Program-made: the position numbers and the translations under genes | Notes under the pieces: model-generated | What the model was told of the DNA's origin: nothing | The model's input: only the letters and a program-made list of their open reading frames with translations | The model's database searches: none | Shown: positions 1-10,326 of the stretch, in pieces | Layout: the number at the start of each line of letters is the position of its first letter | How positions within the stretch are numbered: position 1 is the first letter of the stretch | Assembly: GCA_965261005.1 (NCBI GenBank) | Contig: OZ253375.1 | Span: 1,408,001-1,472,000, forward strand | Source: Deinococcus sp. | GTDB lineage: Bacteria > Deinococcota > Deinococci > Deinococcales > Deinococcaceae | Length of the DNA stretch: 64,000 nt | Direction of reading: 5' to 3'

Positions 1-2
1 CA

Positions 3-335
3 CCAACTCCCGAAATCACCATCGAGGACTTTGCCAAGCTCGATTTGCGCCTCGCAGAAGTCATCGCCGCCGAGGCCGTCCCCAAGGCGGACAAGCTCCT
101 GAAGCTGACCGTCCGGCTGGGCGAGGAGGAGCGCACCGTCGTGAGCGGCATTCGCCAGTGGTTCGCCCCGGAAGACCTGATAGGGCGTCAGGTGGTGCTG
201 GTCGCCAATTTGAAGCCGGTCAAGCTGCGCGGCATTCTCAGCCAGGGCATGATTTTGGCCGCCGAGGACGCCGAGGGGCGGCTGGACGTGGTGGGCACCC
301 AGTTGGATTTGCCGAGCGGGACGAGGGTGCGTTAG
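3..335 (+). CDS. metG: Methionyl-tRNA synthetase C-terminal tRNA-binding (Trbp111-like) domain; 5' truncated by window edge
   Basis: Frame open from base 3: [14 protein letters not shown]...ADKLLKL...VVSGI...[19 protein letters not shown]. Confidence 0.85.
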   Translation, partial: PTPEITIEDFAKLDLRLAEVIAAEAVPKADKLLKLTVRLGEEERTVVSGIRQWFAPEDLIGRQVVLVANLKPVKLRGILSQGMILAAEDAEGRLDVVGTQLDLPSGTRVR

Positions 336-1783
336 GCCGGCAGCAGCACCAGAGCGCTTCGCGGCGCCAGCTCGAAGTTCTGTTCCCCCGCAAGCTCGAA
401 CATCTCGCCGCCCAGCACCTCGGCGTAGCGGCCCGGCCGCAGGTCCGCCAGGTCCAACGAACGCGCCTCCAAACCCGCGTTGAGCAGGATGTAAGCGCTC
501 TGGTCCCCCAGTGTGCGCCGGTACGCCAGCATCTCGCCCTCCACCCTCAGCACCTCGAAGTCGCCGCGCGTGAGAAGTTGGCTGTGCCGGCGCGCGTGCG
601 CGAGGCGGCGGGTCAGGTCCAGCGTCCCCGCGTTCCAGCTGTCCCGGTCCCCCCACGGAAAGGCGCCCCGGCAGTCCGGGTCGGGGCCGCCCGTCAGGCC
701 GATCTCGTCGCCGTAGTAGATGCACGGCGCGCCCAAATAGGTCATCTGAAAGATGGTCGCCAGCTGGGAGGCGCCCTCGTCCCCCCCGGCGGCGGTGGGA
801 AAGCGGGCGGTGTCGTGCGAGCCGAGCAGGTTGAGCTGCGCCTGGGCAATTTCGCTGGGGTGCGCGCGAGCCAGCTCGGTCACGCGCTGGGCGAAGGTGG
901 AGGCGTCCAAAGTCGGCACGAAACCGATGCCGCTCGCCCCGTTGACAACCTGGTTGAGCGTGCGCGCCGCGAAGAAGCCCAGGCACAGCCGGGTGAACTG
1001 GTAGTTCATCACGGCGTCGAACTGGTCGCCGGCCAGCCAACGAGAAGGGTCGTCCCAAATCTCGCCGACGATGTAGGCGTCCGAATTCACGGCCTTGACG
1101 CGCCGCCTGAACTCGCGCCAAAAGGCGTCGTCGTCAATCTCGTTGGGCACGTCCAGGCGCCAGCCGTCGATGCCGAACTCGGTCCAGCGCGTCGCCACCC
1201 CCAGCAAAAACTCGCGCACGGCGGGCGTCCCGGTGTTGAACTTGGGCAGGGCGCGATTGTTCCACCAGCTTTGGTAGTTGGCGGGCTGGGTCATGTCGTA
1301 GGGGCGCAGCGGAAAGCCCTCGACGTGAAACCAGTCCAGGTAGGCGCTGTCCTGGCCGTTTTCCAGAATGTCGCTGAACTGAAAGAAGCCCCGGCTGGCG
1401 TGGTTGAACACCCCGTCGAGGACCACCTTGACGCCGCGCGCGTGGGCCGCCTCCAGGAGTTCCCTCAGCGCGGCGTCGCCGCCCAGCATGGGGTCCACGT
1501 GCAGGTAGTCGTGGGTGTGATAGCGGTGGTTGCTGGCCGACTGAAACACCGGGCAAAAGTAGATCGCGCTGACGCCGAGGTCGGCCAGATACTCCAAGTG
1601 CTCGGCCACGCCCAGCAAATCGCCCCCCTGGTACTTGTGAATCTGCGGCCTCTCGCCCCACGGCTGCAAAAAGGTGGGCTTGGGCACACGGTCACTCTTG
1701 GCGAAGCGGTCGGGGAAAATTTGGTAGAAGACGGCGTCCTTGACCCAGTCGGGCGTGTGAATGGCGGGTTCGGCTTGGCTCAT
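332..1783 (-). CDS. GH13 alpha-amylase family (neopullulanase/cyclomaltodextrinase-like)
   Basis: [39 protein letters not shown] and LGSHD conserved regions; ATGA overlap with upstream stop supports the start at 1783. Confidence 0.93.
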   Translation of the reverse strand: MSQAEPAIHTPDWVKDAVFYQIFPDRFAKSDRVPKPTFLQPWGERPQIHKYQGGDLLGVAEHLEYLADLGVSAIYFCPVFQSASNHRYHTHDYLHVDPMLGGDAALRELLEAAHARGVKVVLDGVFNHASRGFFQFSDILENGQDSAYLDWFHVEGFPLRPYDMTQPANYQSWWNNRALPKFNTGTPAVREFLLGVATRWTEFGIDGWRLDVPNEIDDDAFWREFRRRVKAVNSDAYIVGEIWDDPSRWLAGDQFDAVMNYQFTRLCLGFFAARTLNQVVNGASGIGFVPTLDASTFAQRVTELARAHPSEIAQAQLNLLGSHDTARFPTAAGGDEGASQLATIFQMTYLGAPCIYYGDEIGLTGGPDPDCRGAFPWGDRDSWNAGTLDLTRRLAHARRHSQLLTRGDFEVLRVEGEMLAYRRTLGDQSAYILLNAGLEARSLDLADLRPGRYAEVLGGEMFELAGEQNFELAPRSALVLLPA

Positions 1784-3072
1784 CCGTCCGAGTGTAGGGC
1801 CTGGGCGTGCCAAGCCTGTAGAAGGGCGCGGGCCTCCTGCGGCGTCCCCACATCCCCCAGCGCCCGCGCCTCGGCCACGGCGCGCAGGGCGGCCCCAACT
1901 TCGGGGCCGGGGGGCAGCCCCAGCAGGGCCATCACGTCCTCGCCGCGCAGCAGCGGCTCCGGCGCGGCGGGCGCCTCCTCCAGCGCCGCCAGCACCAAGC
2001 TGAAGCCGCGCCGGTACGCCAGGCGCGACCCTTCGCTCGACTGGGGACCGCGCCCGGCCTCGCGGTCGGCCAGCATCAGGGCCAGCACATCGGGCAGTAG
2101 GTCGCGGCGGCGGTGGACGAAGCGCTTGGCCTCGCGCTCGTTTCCCGGCAGCGGGACCATGTGGGCGGCGACCAGCTTGGCGGCGCGCTCTACCACGTCG
2201 CCGGGGAAGCGCAGCCGCGTCAGGATCTGCCTCGTCAGCTCGGCGCCACGCTTGTCGTGGCCGTAGAAGCGGGTGTACCCCCGCTCGGGGTCCGGGGTGG
2301 CCGTGCCCGGCTTGCCCACGTCGTGCAGCAGGGTCGCGAGGCGCAGCGTGAGGCCCGCGTCCGCAAAGCGCGCCAACAGCTGGTGCAGCGCCTCCACGCC
2401 GTGGTGAAATACGTCGAGGTGGTGAAAGCCGCCCTGAACCACGCCAATGCCCTCGCGCAGCTCGGGCAGGTAGAGGTCCAGCAAGCCGAGCCGTTCCAGC
2501 AGCAAAACGCCGTGGGCCGCGTCGCGGTGGCCCAACAAAGCGCTCAGCTCGTCGCGCACCCGCTCGGGGGCAGGGGGGGACAAGCCGGCGCGGGCCAGCC
2601 GCTGCACCGCCGCCTCGGTCTCCCCCTCCAAGCGAAACCCCAGCGTGACCGACAACCGCGCCGCGCGCAGCAGGCGCAGGGGGTCGGCAACCAAATTTGC
2701 CTCGGAGACCATCCGCAAAGTTTTGCGGCGCAAATCAGCCCGACCATTTAAAGGGTCAAGCACGCGCCCATTTTCCCGCAGGGCCAGGGCGTTCACGCTG
2801 AAGTCGCGCCGCAATAAGTCGTCCACCGGGTCGGGCGGCATGGGCACGAAGTCGTGCTGCACGCCGCCGGCCGTCGCACGCCAAAAGCCGCGCTCCGGGT
2901 CGAGGGGAAAGGCGCTGCCGCCGAGCCGGACCGCCGTGTCCTCGGCCGCCCCCTGCGGATCAGGGGCCAGCCAGTCGAAGTCCTTTGGCTCCACCCCGCG
3001 CAGCCAGTCGCGCGCCGCCCCGCCGACCAGCAGGGCGCCGGGGGGGAAAGGGGGCAGCTTGCGCCGGAACAT
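1780..3072 (-). CDS. Class II tRNA nucleotidyltransferase with HD domain, probably CC-adding type
   Basis: [42 protein letters not shown]; very short segment before RRDF (no flexible loop). Confidence 0.88.
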   Translation of the reverse strand: MFRRKLPPFPPGALLVGGAARDWLRGVEPKDFDWLAPDPQGAAEDTAVRLGGSAFPLDPERGFWRATAGGVQHDFVPMPPDPVDDLLRRDFSVNALALRENGRVLDPLNGRADLRRKTLRMVSEANLVADPLRLLRAARLSVTLGFRLEGETEAAVQRLARAGLSPPAPERVRDELSALLGHRDAAHGVLLLERLGLLDLYLPELREGIGVVQGGFHHLDVFHHGVEALHQLLARFADAGLTLRLATLLHDVGKPGTATPDPERGYTRFYGHDKRGAELTRQILTRLRFPGDVVERAAKLVAAHMVPLPGNEREAKRFVHRRRDLLPDVLALMLADREAGRGPQSSEGSRLAYRRGFSLVLAALEEAPAAPEPLLRGEDVMALLGLPPGPEVGAALRAVAEARALGDVGTPQEARALLQAWHAQALHSDG

Positions 3073-4662
3073 CTACCCGGCGCGCACGCCCTGCAAGGCC
3101 TCCAAGAGCCGCTGACCGTCGGGGCTGCCCAGGCCGGTGCAGGGGTCCCAGCCCGGCCCGGCCTGATAAGCGCCGTTGCCGCCCTGCGTGACGTCACGCA
3201 GCACGCCGGACAGGGCGTACAGCTGTGGGTTCAGGAAGCCGACGTTTTCGCCACCGGCCTGGGTGAGCGCCTCGTTCAACCGCGCGATAAGGCCGGCCCA
3301 CAGCGGGGCCACCGCGCTGGTGCCGCCGAAGACCTGTTGCTGGCCGTCCACCAAAATGCGGTAGCCGGTCTGCGGATCGGCCAAGCCCGCCACGTCCGGC
3401 ACCCCGCGCCCGGGGGCATGACCGGGGTTGACCGAGGCCGGCACGTTCACGCCCGCTTGGTAGTCGGGCAGCGGAAAGGCGGCACTGATTCCGCCGCCGG
3501 TGGCGCCCCGCCCGGGGCCGTTGTTCCAGACGGTCTCGCTCTTGATCTGCCCGTTCTCGGTGAGCAGGCGCGTGCCGCCGCAGCCGGTGGCAAAGGGACT
3601 CGACGCCGGAAAGTCCACGTTGGCGTCCGTCGCGCCGGGCCGGTCCCCCGACCCATTATCGCCCGCCGCGCACAGCACCGTGACGCCCAGGGCCGCCGCC
3701 GCCCGGAACGCCTCGGTCATGATCTTGCGCGACTGCTCGGTCCAGTCACTTTCCGGGGCGCCCCAGCTGATCGAGATGACCGAGGGGCGGCGCCTCGCGT
3801 CGTGCAGGGCGCTCAGCACGGCGCTCACGAACCCCTGGTCGGTGTTGGGCGCGAAGTACACCGCCATGCTCGCGCCGGGGGCAGTCGCGCCGGCCACCTC
3901 GATGTCGAGCAGCACCTCGCCGTCGGGGCCGTTCGCCTCGCCGGTGGGCTGGTTGCGCGCGCCCAGCACCGACACGGCGCTCAGCTTGGGGGGCTTGATG
4001 TTGAGGGAGCGAAAGTAAGCGTCCACGTCCGCCTTGCGGTAGCCGCCGCCCAGCTCGATCAGGGCGATGGTCTGCCCGGCGCCGCTGTAGGCCTCCGGGA
4101 AGCGGTAGAGCCTCGCCACCTCGGGCGCCCCGAAGGCGGCGGCGACGACGCGGGCCATAATGCTCGTCACTGGACTGTCCGGCTCCGAACCCAGGAGACG
4201 GAAGTGCGCCTGTGCCTGCCGGCGGTCGTCGAGGCCCAACACACCCTCCACCACGCCCGCCAAGTCGCTTGGCACCGTGATGGAACCGCTGCGCCCGCGA
4301 AAGGTAACGCCCCCGAGTTCGTAGAGCTTCAAGGTGACGCCAAAGGCGGCCTCCATGTGGGCGAGGTCCCCGACCAGCACCACCGTGCGCTGAGCGACGT
4401 TTTCGCGCCGTACCGTCAATTGAAAGTCGCTCGCGAAGCGCTCGACGCGGGCCAAGTCGGCGGGGTCGGCCCCATACGCCTCGGCGAAGCGCTCGCGGCT
4501 GAGCGGCTCAGCGCTGACCCTGGGCGCAATCGGCGCCTTCCCCCTTAAGCGCACCGTCACCTCCAACGTTTCACCGGGGTCAGGCGCGCCGATGGGGTGG
4601 GCGCGGGTGGGCAAGGTTTTTTCGCTGCCAGGGACGATAACGCGCTCTGTTGGTGTGGACAT
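3073..4662 (-). CDS. S53 peptidase (kumamolisin/sedolisin family) with pro-domain; no evident signal peptide
   Basis: EVLLDIE, SISWG, AAGDNGS, GGTSAVAPLW, GWDPCTGLGSP; GAGGAGG RBS before ATG 4662. Confidence 0.93.
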   Translation of the reverse strand: MSTPTERVIVPGSEKTLPTRAHPIGAPDPGETLEVTVRLRGKAPIAPRVSAEPLSRERFAEAYGADPADLARVERFASDFQLTVRRENVAQRTVVLVGDLAHMEAAFGVTLKLYELGGVTFRGRSGSITVPSDLAGVVEGVLGLDDRRQAQAHFRLLGSEPDSPVTSIMARVVAAAFGAPEVARLYRFPEAYSGAGQTIALIELGGGYRKADVDAYFRSLNIKPPKLSAVSVLGARNQPTGEANGPDGEVLLDIEVAGATAPGASMAVYFAPNTDQGFVSAVLSALHDARRRPSVISISWGAPESDWTEQSRKIMTEAFRAAAALGVTVLCAAGDNGSGDRPGATDANVDFPASSPFATGCGGTRLLTENGQIKSETVWNNGPGRGATGGGISAAFPLPDYQAGVNVPASVNPGHAPGRGVPDVAGLADPQTGYRILVDGQQQVFGGTSAVAPLWAGLIARLNEALTQAGGENVGFLNPQLYALSGVLRDVTQGGNGAYQAGPGWDPCTGLGSPDGQRLLEALQGVRAG

Positions 4663-4679
4663 GTCGCCTCCTCGGACGA

Positions 4680-4696
4680 TTATGTTATCACCGTAA
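4680..4696. promoter_or_regulatory. RDRM-like (DdrO-box) 17-bp palindrome
   Basis: TTATGTTATCACCGTAA; one deviation from the Deinococcus RDRM consensus as I recall it; just upstream of the S53 RBS. Confidence 0.6.
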
Positions 4697-4709
4697 TGAC
4701 CCGACCATC

Positions 4710-4738
4710 TGGACACCACCTTTGTCGCTTGCTAAGCT
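4710..4738 (+). promoter_or_regulatory. Sigma70-type promoter of tRNA-Ala
   Basis: TGGACA-N17-TAAGCT. Confidence 0.55.
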
Positions 4739-4749
4739 ACGGGCCGCTT

Positions 4750-4824
<75 letters not shown>

Positions 4825-4826
4825 AG

Positions 4827-4858
4827 AAAAACACCGTCTGAGGCGGTGTTTTTGCTTT
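4827..4858 (+). terminator. Bidirectional-looking hairpin after tRNA-Ala
   Basis: AAAAACACCGTC-TGA-GGCGGTGTTTTT. Confidence 0.75.
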
Positions 4859-4983
4859 CTGGCTTGTGACGCTAGACAGGACCTTCAGGGAACAACCAGA
4901 AGCCAGTCCACCCGAAAGCTTCACACAACAACTTCCCGAACTCCACTCACGCCGGCAAGCCACACTGAACGCCAGGAGGTCAC

Positions 4984-5307
4984 ATGGCAGACAGCATCGG
5001 TGTTCCCAAGAAGGTGCAGCAAAACGCGCAGGAGGGCCTGGATTTGCACGAGCAGTACGGGCGCGGCGGCACCGACCCCGGTTTGGAAACGGCGCGCAAG
5101 CTCGCGAAGGGCGAACACCTCAGCTTGGACGAGGTGAAGCACATTGCCAACTACTTTCCGCGCCACGCGAAAGACAACCTCGACGAGGACGGCTCCGGCG
5201 ACGAGAAGCCCAGCAACGGCTACATCGCTTGGCAACTGTGGGGCGGCGACGAGGGCCGCGAGTGGGCCACCAAGCACAAGGAGGAGGACGAAAAGGGCGA
5301 GAAGTAG
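4984..5307 (+). CDS. Conserved hypothetical protein (GRGGT...AxxLA...YFPRH...PSNGYIAWQLWGGD motif)
   Basis: AGGAGG RBS, normal codon bias, 107 aa. Confidence 0.75.
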   Translation: MADSIGVPKKVQQNAQEGLDLHEQYGRGGTDPGLETARKLAKGEHLSLDEVKHIANYFPRHAKDNLDEDGSGDEKPSNGYIAWQLWGGDEGREWATKHKEEDEKGEK

Positions 5308-5312
5308 GCGGC

Positions 5313-5793
5313 TGAGCTTCCGGCGGTCCCCCACCCCCCAACCCCCCTACCCCCGCCGGGGTAGGGGGGCTTTCCGCTGCGCTCGGCATGGCACGTTGGA
5401 CCGCAGGGGTAAGCCTGTGTCGTGCTATATGGTCCGCGCGAGGGGAAATTCATGCCGCTTTTTAAGCCCTCTACATGGCCGGTGGAGTACGCTTTTGGTC
5501 GCTGGTGGGCCAAATACCAAGGCCCGCACGTCATCATCTTTTCTCCCCTCCCCACCTGAGGGGGAGGGGCCGGGGGTGGTGGGAAACCGCCATCCGCCCC
5601 CATTTCTTTATGACCGGCTCACCGCCTTTGCACCAAGGGTCTTTCATGTGGGCGGCAGTGACCCGATAACGAATCCAGCGAGTCAAAGCGGCCTACCGCT
5701 CCAGCCGCACAACGTGCCGAGCGCAGCGAAAAGCCCCCTGCCCCCTTTGGGGGTAGGGGGTTGGGGGTGGGGGTAAGCCCACCGGAAAGCTCA
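5313..5793. repeat. Non-coding repeat element, copy 1 (~480 bp, ~75-bp imperfect terminal inverted repeats; MITE/REPIN-like)
   Basis: Left end TGAGCTTCCGG..CCCCCCAACCCCCCTACCCCC..GCTGCGCTCGGCA mirrors right end TGCCGAGCGCAGC..GGGGGTAGGGGGTTGGGGGTGGGGG..CCGGAAAGCTCA; second copy at 27621-28045. Confidence 0.85.
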
Positions 5794-5795
5794 AC

Positions 5796-6989
5796 TCACG
5801 CCGGAAACGCCTCAAACACCCCCGCCGCCCCCTGTCCACCGCCGACGCACATGGTCACCACGCCGTACCGCCCGCCACGCCGCCGCAACTCATGCAGCAA
5901 GGTGGCCGTCAGCTTGGCGCCGGTCGCCCCTTCCGGGTGGCCCAGGGCGATGGCGCCGCCGTTGACGTTCACCTTTTCCGGGTCCAGGCCAAGCTCGCGG
6001 ATGACGGCGAGGGACTGCGACGCGAAGGCCTCGTTCAGCTCCCACAAGTCAATGTCAGGAACCTCCAGCCCGGCCAGCTTGAGCGCCCTTGGCACTGCCG
6101 CCACCGGGCCGATGCCCATCAGCTCCGGCGCCACGCCCGCCACCGCGAAGGAGATGAAGCGCCCAATCGGTTTGAGGCCCAATTCTTCGGCCTTACTCGC
6201 GCTCATCACGACCGCCGCCGCCGCGCCGTCCGAGTAGGGGGAGCTGTTGCCGGCCGTCACGCTGCCACCCTGCTTGAAGGCGGGCCGCAGCTTGCCGAGC
6301 GCCTCCAGATTGGTGTCGCGGCGGATCAGCTCGTCTTGGTCGAAGGTGAGGGTCTCGACCGTCGGCTTTTTGCCACTCAGCGTGTCCACCCGCACCGGCA
6401 CCGGCACGATCTCTTCGTCAAACTTGCCCGCGTCCTGTGCCGCCGCCGCCCGCGTGTGGCTCTGAAGCGCGAAAGCGTCTTGGTCCTCGCGGCTGACGCC
6501 GTACTTTTCGGCCACGTTCTCGGCGGTCAGGCCCATGCTCATGTAGGCGCCGGGGCGCTGGTCCACCAGCTCGGGGTTGGGGGAGAACACGTTGCCGGTC
6601 TGCGGCACCATGGTCATGCTCTCCAAACCGCCCGCCACAATCACGTCGTTCCAGCCGGCCCGAATGCTGGCCGCCGCCTGCGCGATGGTTTGAAGCCCAG
6701 AGGAGCAAAAGCGGTTGACGGTCACGCCCGCCACCTCGTCGGGCAGCCCCGCGCGTAGCGCGACCAGTCGGGCCACGTTCAACCCCTGCTCGCCCTCGGG
6801 AAAGGCGCAGCCGAGAATGAGGTCTTCGACGAGGGCCGGGTCAATGCCCGCGCGCTTTACGGCCTCGTCCACGGCCAGCGCGGCGATCTCGTCGGAGCGG
6901 GTGTTGGCGAGAATCCCTTTGATGCCGCGCCCGACCGGGGTGCGGACGGCGGAGAGGATAACGGCGTCGTTATTTTGGGGTTGGGTCAT
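5796..6989 (-). CDS. fadA: Acetyl-CoA C-acyltransferase (3-ketoacyl-CoA thiolase)
   Basis: [40 protein letters not shown] before MTQPQ. Confidence 0.95.
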   Translation of the reverse strand: MTQPQNNDAVILSAVRTPVGRGIKGILANTRSDEIAALAVDEAVKRAGIDPALVEDLILGCAFPEGEQGLNVARLVALRAGLPDEVAGVTVNRFCSSGLQTIAQAAASIRAGWNDVIVAGGLESMTMVPQTGNVFSPNPELVDQRPGAYMSMGLTAENVAEKYGVSREDQDAFALQSHTRAAAAQDAGKFDEEIVPVPVRVDTLSGKKPTVETLTFDQDELIRRDTNLEALGKLRPAFKQGGSVTAGNSSPYSDGAAAAVVMSASKAEELGLKPIGRFISFAVAGVAPELMGIGPVAAVPRALKLAGLEVPDIDLWELNEAFASQSLAVIRELGLDPEKVNVNGGAIALGHPEGATGAKLTATLLHELRRRGGRYGVVTMCVGGGQGAAGVFEAFPA

Positions 6990-7017
6990 GATTGTCCTTT
7001 GTTTGAAGCTTGCTTCG

Positions 7018-7060
7018 CTCCCCTCTCCCCTGGCGAGAGAGGGGCCGGGGGTGAGTGGGG
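7018..7060. repeat. REP-like palindrome (CCCCTCTCCCC..GAGAGGGG-CCGGGGGTGAG family)
   Basis: Related copies at 5543-5583, 16862-16900 and 18003-18045. Confidence 0.7.
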
Positions 7061-7083
7061 TGCCGTCCAAGCCGGCTTCATCC

Positions 7084-9453
7084 TCAGTTCCTCAGCGGCT
7101 TCCCGGTCTTCAGCGTGTGCGCGATGCGCTCCTGGGTCTTGCGCTTGCCCGTCAGCGTCAAGAACGCCTCGCGCTCCAAGTCGAGCAGGTACTGCTCGCT
7201 GACCCGCGCGTTGCGGTTGACCAGGTGGCCGCCGCTCAAGACCTTCGCCACCTGCAAGCCGACCTCGCGGTCGTACTCGCTGATCTGCCCGCCCTCAACC
7301 ATGCCGTAGAGGGCGGCCTTGACGGTGGCAATGCCCTGCTCGCCCATCACGGGGATGTCCCCGCGCATCACGGGCTGGACGTAGCCGGGGGCGAGTTCGA
7401 GGACCTTGCGCTTGGCGTCCCCCAGCAGGCGGTCGCGGTTCATGCTGATCTCGTCGCCGCCCTTCAGAAAGCCGAGGGCGCGGGCCTCCTGGGCGCTCGC
7501 GCTGGTCTTGGCGGTGCCGATCAGCTCAAAGGCGCGCTGGACGGCGGGCATGGGGGGTTGGCCGCTCAGTTGCTGGTCGGTGAAGCGCAGCAGCAGTTCC
7601 TTGGTGCCGCCACCGCCGGGAATCAAGCCGACGCCGGCTTCCACCAGGCCCATGTAGGTCTCGGCGCCCGCCTGGACGCTGTCGGCGTGCAAGGTCATCT
7701 CGGCGCCACCGCCGAGGGTCAGGCCGAAGGGGGCCACGACGACCGGGTGCGGGCTGAATCTCATGGAAGTGGTCGCCCGCTGGAAGGTGCGGATGGCCTC
7801 GTCAATCTCGTCGAAGTCCCCCGCCTGGGCGTTCATCAGGATCAGGGCCAAATTCGCCCCGGCGCTGAAGTTCTCGCCCTGGTTGCCGACGACCAGGCCG
7901 GCGTAGCCCAGGTCCTCGACGGCCTTGTGGGCGGCGAAGACCATGCTGACGGCATCCTCCCCGAGGGCGTTCATCTTGCTGTGGAACTCCAGCAGCAGCA
8001 CCCCGTCGCCGATGTCGAGAACGCTGGCGCCCTGGTTCGACTTGACGACCTTGGAGGCGTCCTGCTTGAGGTCCTTCAGGATGAGATAGGGCGCTTCGTA
8101 GGGAACGCTCTCTCCCGCCGGCGTGACGACGGTGCCACCTTCGTAGAACTGGTCGCGGCCGGACCGCTTCATGGCCTGCAACAGCGGCGGCAGCTCGCGT
8201 CCGGTCGCCTCCAAGTCGGCGATCACCTTTTGCACGCCCAACACGTCCATCGTCTCGAACGGCCCCTGCTCCCAGCCGAAGCCCCACTTGAGGGCGTTGT
8301 CTATATCCGGGATGGAACCCGACACCACGCCCGCCATCTTGGCCGAGTACCAAAACAGGTCGTGCATCACGGCGCGCAGAAATTCCCCTTCGGGACCGCC
8401 CAGGTCGTGCAGCGCCCGCACCCGCTCGTTCAGGGGCAGATTGCGGATAGGCTCCAGGCTAGGCAGGCGCACTTTCCCCTTGTCCTCGTATTCCCAGGTG
8501 TCGAGGTTGAGCGTCAGGATGACCGTCTTGCCGTTCTGCCTGGTCTTTTTGTAGAACCCTTGGCCGGTCTTGTCACCCAGCCATTTTTTCTCTTCGACCA
8601 ATTCGATTAAAAAATCTGGCAGCGTGAAGTCCTCGTCGGGGCCGGTCGCGTTGCCCAGGTCGCGGCCGACGTGAGAGATGATGTCCAGGCCCGAGAGGTC
8701 GGCGGTACGGAAGCTGGCACTTTTGGGGCGGCCCAGGATGGGGCCGGTCAGGGTGTCCACCACGTCCGGGGTTAAGCCGGTCTTCTGCATGTGGCGCATG
8801 GTGCGGATCATGCCGTACACGCCGACGCGGTTGGCGATAAAGCCCGGCACGTCGTTCGCCACCACGACGCCCTTCCCCAGGTGAACGTCCCCGAACTCGG
8901 AGATGTCCCGAATCACCTCCGGCGCGGTGTCCCCCGTCGGGATCACCTCCAACAAGTGCAGGTAGCGCGGCGGGTTGAAGAAGTGCGTCCCCACGAAGCG
9001 GCGCCGGAAATCCTCGCCCCGACCCTCAACTTGCAGGTGCATGGGGATACCGCTGGAGTTGCTGGAGACGATGGCCGTGGGCTTGGCGACCCCCTCCAGC
9101 CGCGCCCACAGATCACGCTTGGCGTCCAGCCTCTCGATGATCGCCTCGACGATCCAGTCGGCGCCCGCCAGCTTGGCGAAGTCGTCCTCCAAGTTGCCGG
9201 GGGTGATCAGCCGGGCGTTTTCCCTCTCCATAAAGGCGGCGGGACTCGCCTTGAGGGCGCGCTGAAGGCCCGCCTTGGCGAGAAAGTTCCGGTCCTGCTG
9301 GTCCGGCAGCACGATGTCAAGGAGCAGCGTGGGAATGCCCGCGTTGGCGAGCTGGGCGGCGATGGCGGCGCCCATGGTGCCGGCGCCGATCACGGCGGCT
9401 TGATTGATGCGAGAGGCACGGCGCGCCTGCGTGTCTGACTCGTTGATCTTCAT
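7084..9453 (-). CDS. 3-hydroxyacyl-CoA dehydrogenase / enoyl-CoA hydratase (FadN-type)
   Basis: [28 protein letters not shown]-terminal crotonase [25 protein letters not shown]. Confidence 0.95.
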   Translation of the reverse strand: MKINESDTQARRASRINQAAVIGAGTMGAAIAAQLANAGIPTLLLDIVLPDQQDRNFLAKAGLQRALKASPAAFMERENARLITPGNLEDDFAKLAGADWIVEAIIERLDAKRDLWARLEGVAKPTAIVSSNSSGIPMHLQVEGRGEDFRRRFVGTHFFNPPRYLHLLEVIPTGDTAPEVIRDISEFGDVHLGKGVVVANDVPGFIANRVGVYGMIRTMRHMQKTGLTPDVVDTLTGPILGRPKSASFRTADLSGLDIISHVGRDLGNATGPDEDFTLPDFLIELVEEKKWLGDKTGQGFYKKTRQNGKTVILTLNLDTWEYEDKGKVRLPSLEPIRNLPLNERVRALHDLGGPEGEFLRAVMHDLFWYSAKMAGVVSGSIPDIDNALKWGFGWEQGPFETMDVLGVQKVIADLEATGRELPPLLQAMKRSGRDQFYEGGTVVTPAGESVPYEAPYLILKDLKQDASKVVKSNQGASVLDIGDGVLLLEFHSKMNALGEDAVSMVFAAHKAVEDLGYAGLVVGNQGENFSAGANLALILMNAQAGDFDEIDEAIRTFQRATTSMRFSPHPVVVAPFGLTLGGGAEMTLHADSVQAGAETYMGLVEAGVGLIPGGGGTKELLLRFTDQQLSGQPPMPAVQRAFELIGTAKTSASAQEARALGFLKGGDEISMNRDRLLGDAKRKVLELAPGYVQPVMRGDIPVMGEQGIATVKAALYGMVEGGQISEYDREVGLQVAKVLSGGHLVNRNARVSEQYLLDLEREAFLTLTGKRKTQERIAHTLKTGKPLRN

Positions 9454-9549
9454 AAACCTCCAGTTAGGGAAACGTTACACCGAGTCCAACAATTCCATCC
9501 GGGGCCGGCTTTGTCCAGGAGCCGGGGCACGATGAGTCCAAGGTTGATG

Positions 9550-9577
9550 TTCTTACTCTGCTATAATTGAGTAAGAA
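9550..9577 (+). promoter_or_regulatory. TA promoter/operator: extended -10 flanked by a 9-bp inverted repeat
   Basis: TTCTTACTC-TGCTATAATT-GAGTAAGAA. Confidence 0.7.
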
Positions 9578-9587
9578 AAGGAGCAGC

Positions 9588-9914
9588 ATGAAGGCAAAGG
9601 CGACCATCAGCAGCAAGGGGCAGCTCACGTTGCCAAAAGAAGTTCGGGAGCGGCTCGGCGTCGAGAAGGGCGACGAGGTCGAGTTCACCCTCGACGACCG
9701 GGGCGTTCACCTGCGGCCCAAGCGGGCGGGCGACAACCCCTTCTTGAGGTGGATCGAGGCTGGCCCACCGACCGGCCCGACCGAAGATATCCGGGAAGCC
9801 AGGCACGCCGGACTCAGCGAGCGGGAGCGCGAGTTGCTCACCCAGGGTCCGGGTGCCCGCGTCTTAACCGTTGCCGACCTGAGAGAAGAAGCCGACGTTG
9901 ATTACCGCCCTTGA
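9588..9914 (+). CDS. AbrB/MazE/SpoVT-family antitoxin
   Basis: ATISSKGQLTLPKEVRERLGVEKGDEVEF; AAGGAG RBS. Confidence 0.9.
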   Translation: MKAKATISSKGQLTLPKEVRERLGVEKGDEVEFTLDDRGVHLRPKRAGDNPFLRWIEAGPPTGPTEDIREARHAGLSERERELLTQGPGARVLTVADLREEADVDYRP

Positions 9915-10323
9915 CACCAACGCCCTAACCTTTTTATACGACCGGGCACCCCAGGCCCTTCTCATCAGTCAGGATTTGCATTGGCTGGCAAGTGCCGGCA
10001 GGTTGGTCATCTGCGGCGTGGTCTACGCCGAGCTGCTGGCCGGGGCGGGCCGCTCCAAAGCCAGGCTCGACGTGTTCCTCGAAGAAGGAGGCATAGAACT
10101 CGATTCGGACATGGGTGAGCGGGTCTGGTCGGAGGCAGGACGGGCGAACGCGGACTACCACGCGCGGCGCCGCGCGGGCGGCCTCACGAAGGAGAAGCCG
10201 GTGTTGCCGGACTTCCTGATTGGCGCGCACGCCCTTTGCCGCGCCGACCGGCTGTACACCGACAACGTGGGCGACTTCAGCGACTTTCCGAAGCTGACCA
10301 TCATCAAAGCGTCAACACGCTAA
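9898..10323 (+). CDS. PIN-domain (VapC-like) toxin
   Basis: ALDTNAL, VYAEL, PDFLIGAHA, LYTDN..DF; overlaps the antitoxin gene. Confidence 0.9.
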   Translation: MITALDTNALTFLYDRAPQALLISQDLHWLASAGRLVICGVVYAELLAGAGRSKARLDVFLEEGGIELDSDMGERVWSEAGRANADYHARRRAGGLTKEKPVLPDFLIGAHALCRADRLYTDNVGDFSDFPKLTIIKASTR

Positions 10324-10326
10324 CGC

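Noticed and set aside
158..2266. Long opposite-strand ORFs (e.g. 158-2266, 2854-4548, 6715-8610, 22422-24257, 37715-39628)
   Set aside because: Antisense shadows of well-supported genes, expected at high GC; no recognisable motifs
5144..5776. ORFs running through the G/C-run repeat elements (also 27877-29550, 27906-28868)
   Set aside because: Low-complexity translations of the repeat; frames are not preserved between the two copies
6990..7070. N-terminal extension of thiolase ([17 protein letters not shown])
   Set aside because: It is the translation of a REP palindrome; a better RBS precedes ATG 6989. The same logic applies to the CAX extension to 27698
9473..9489. Imperfect palindrome GTTACACCGAGTCCAAC upstream of the fad operon as a FadR-type operator
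   Set aside because: Symmetry is weak and I cannot verify the consensus
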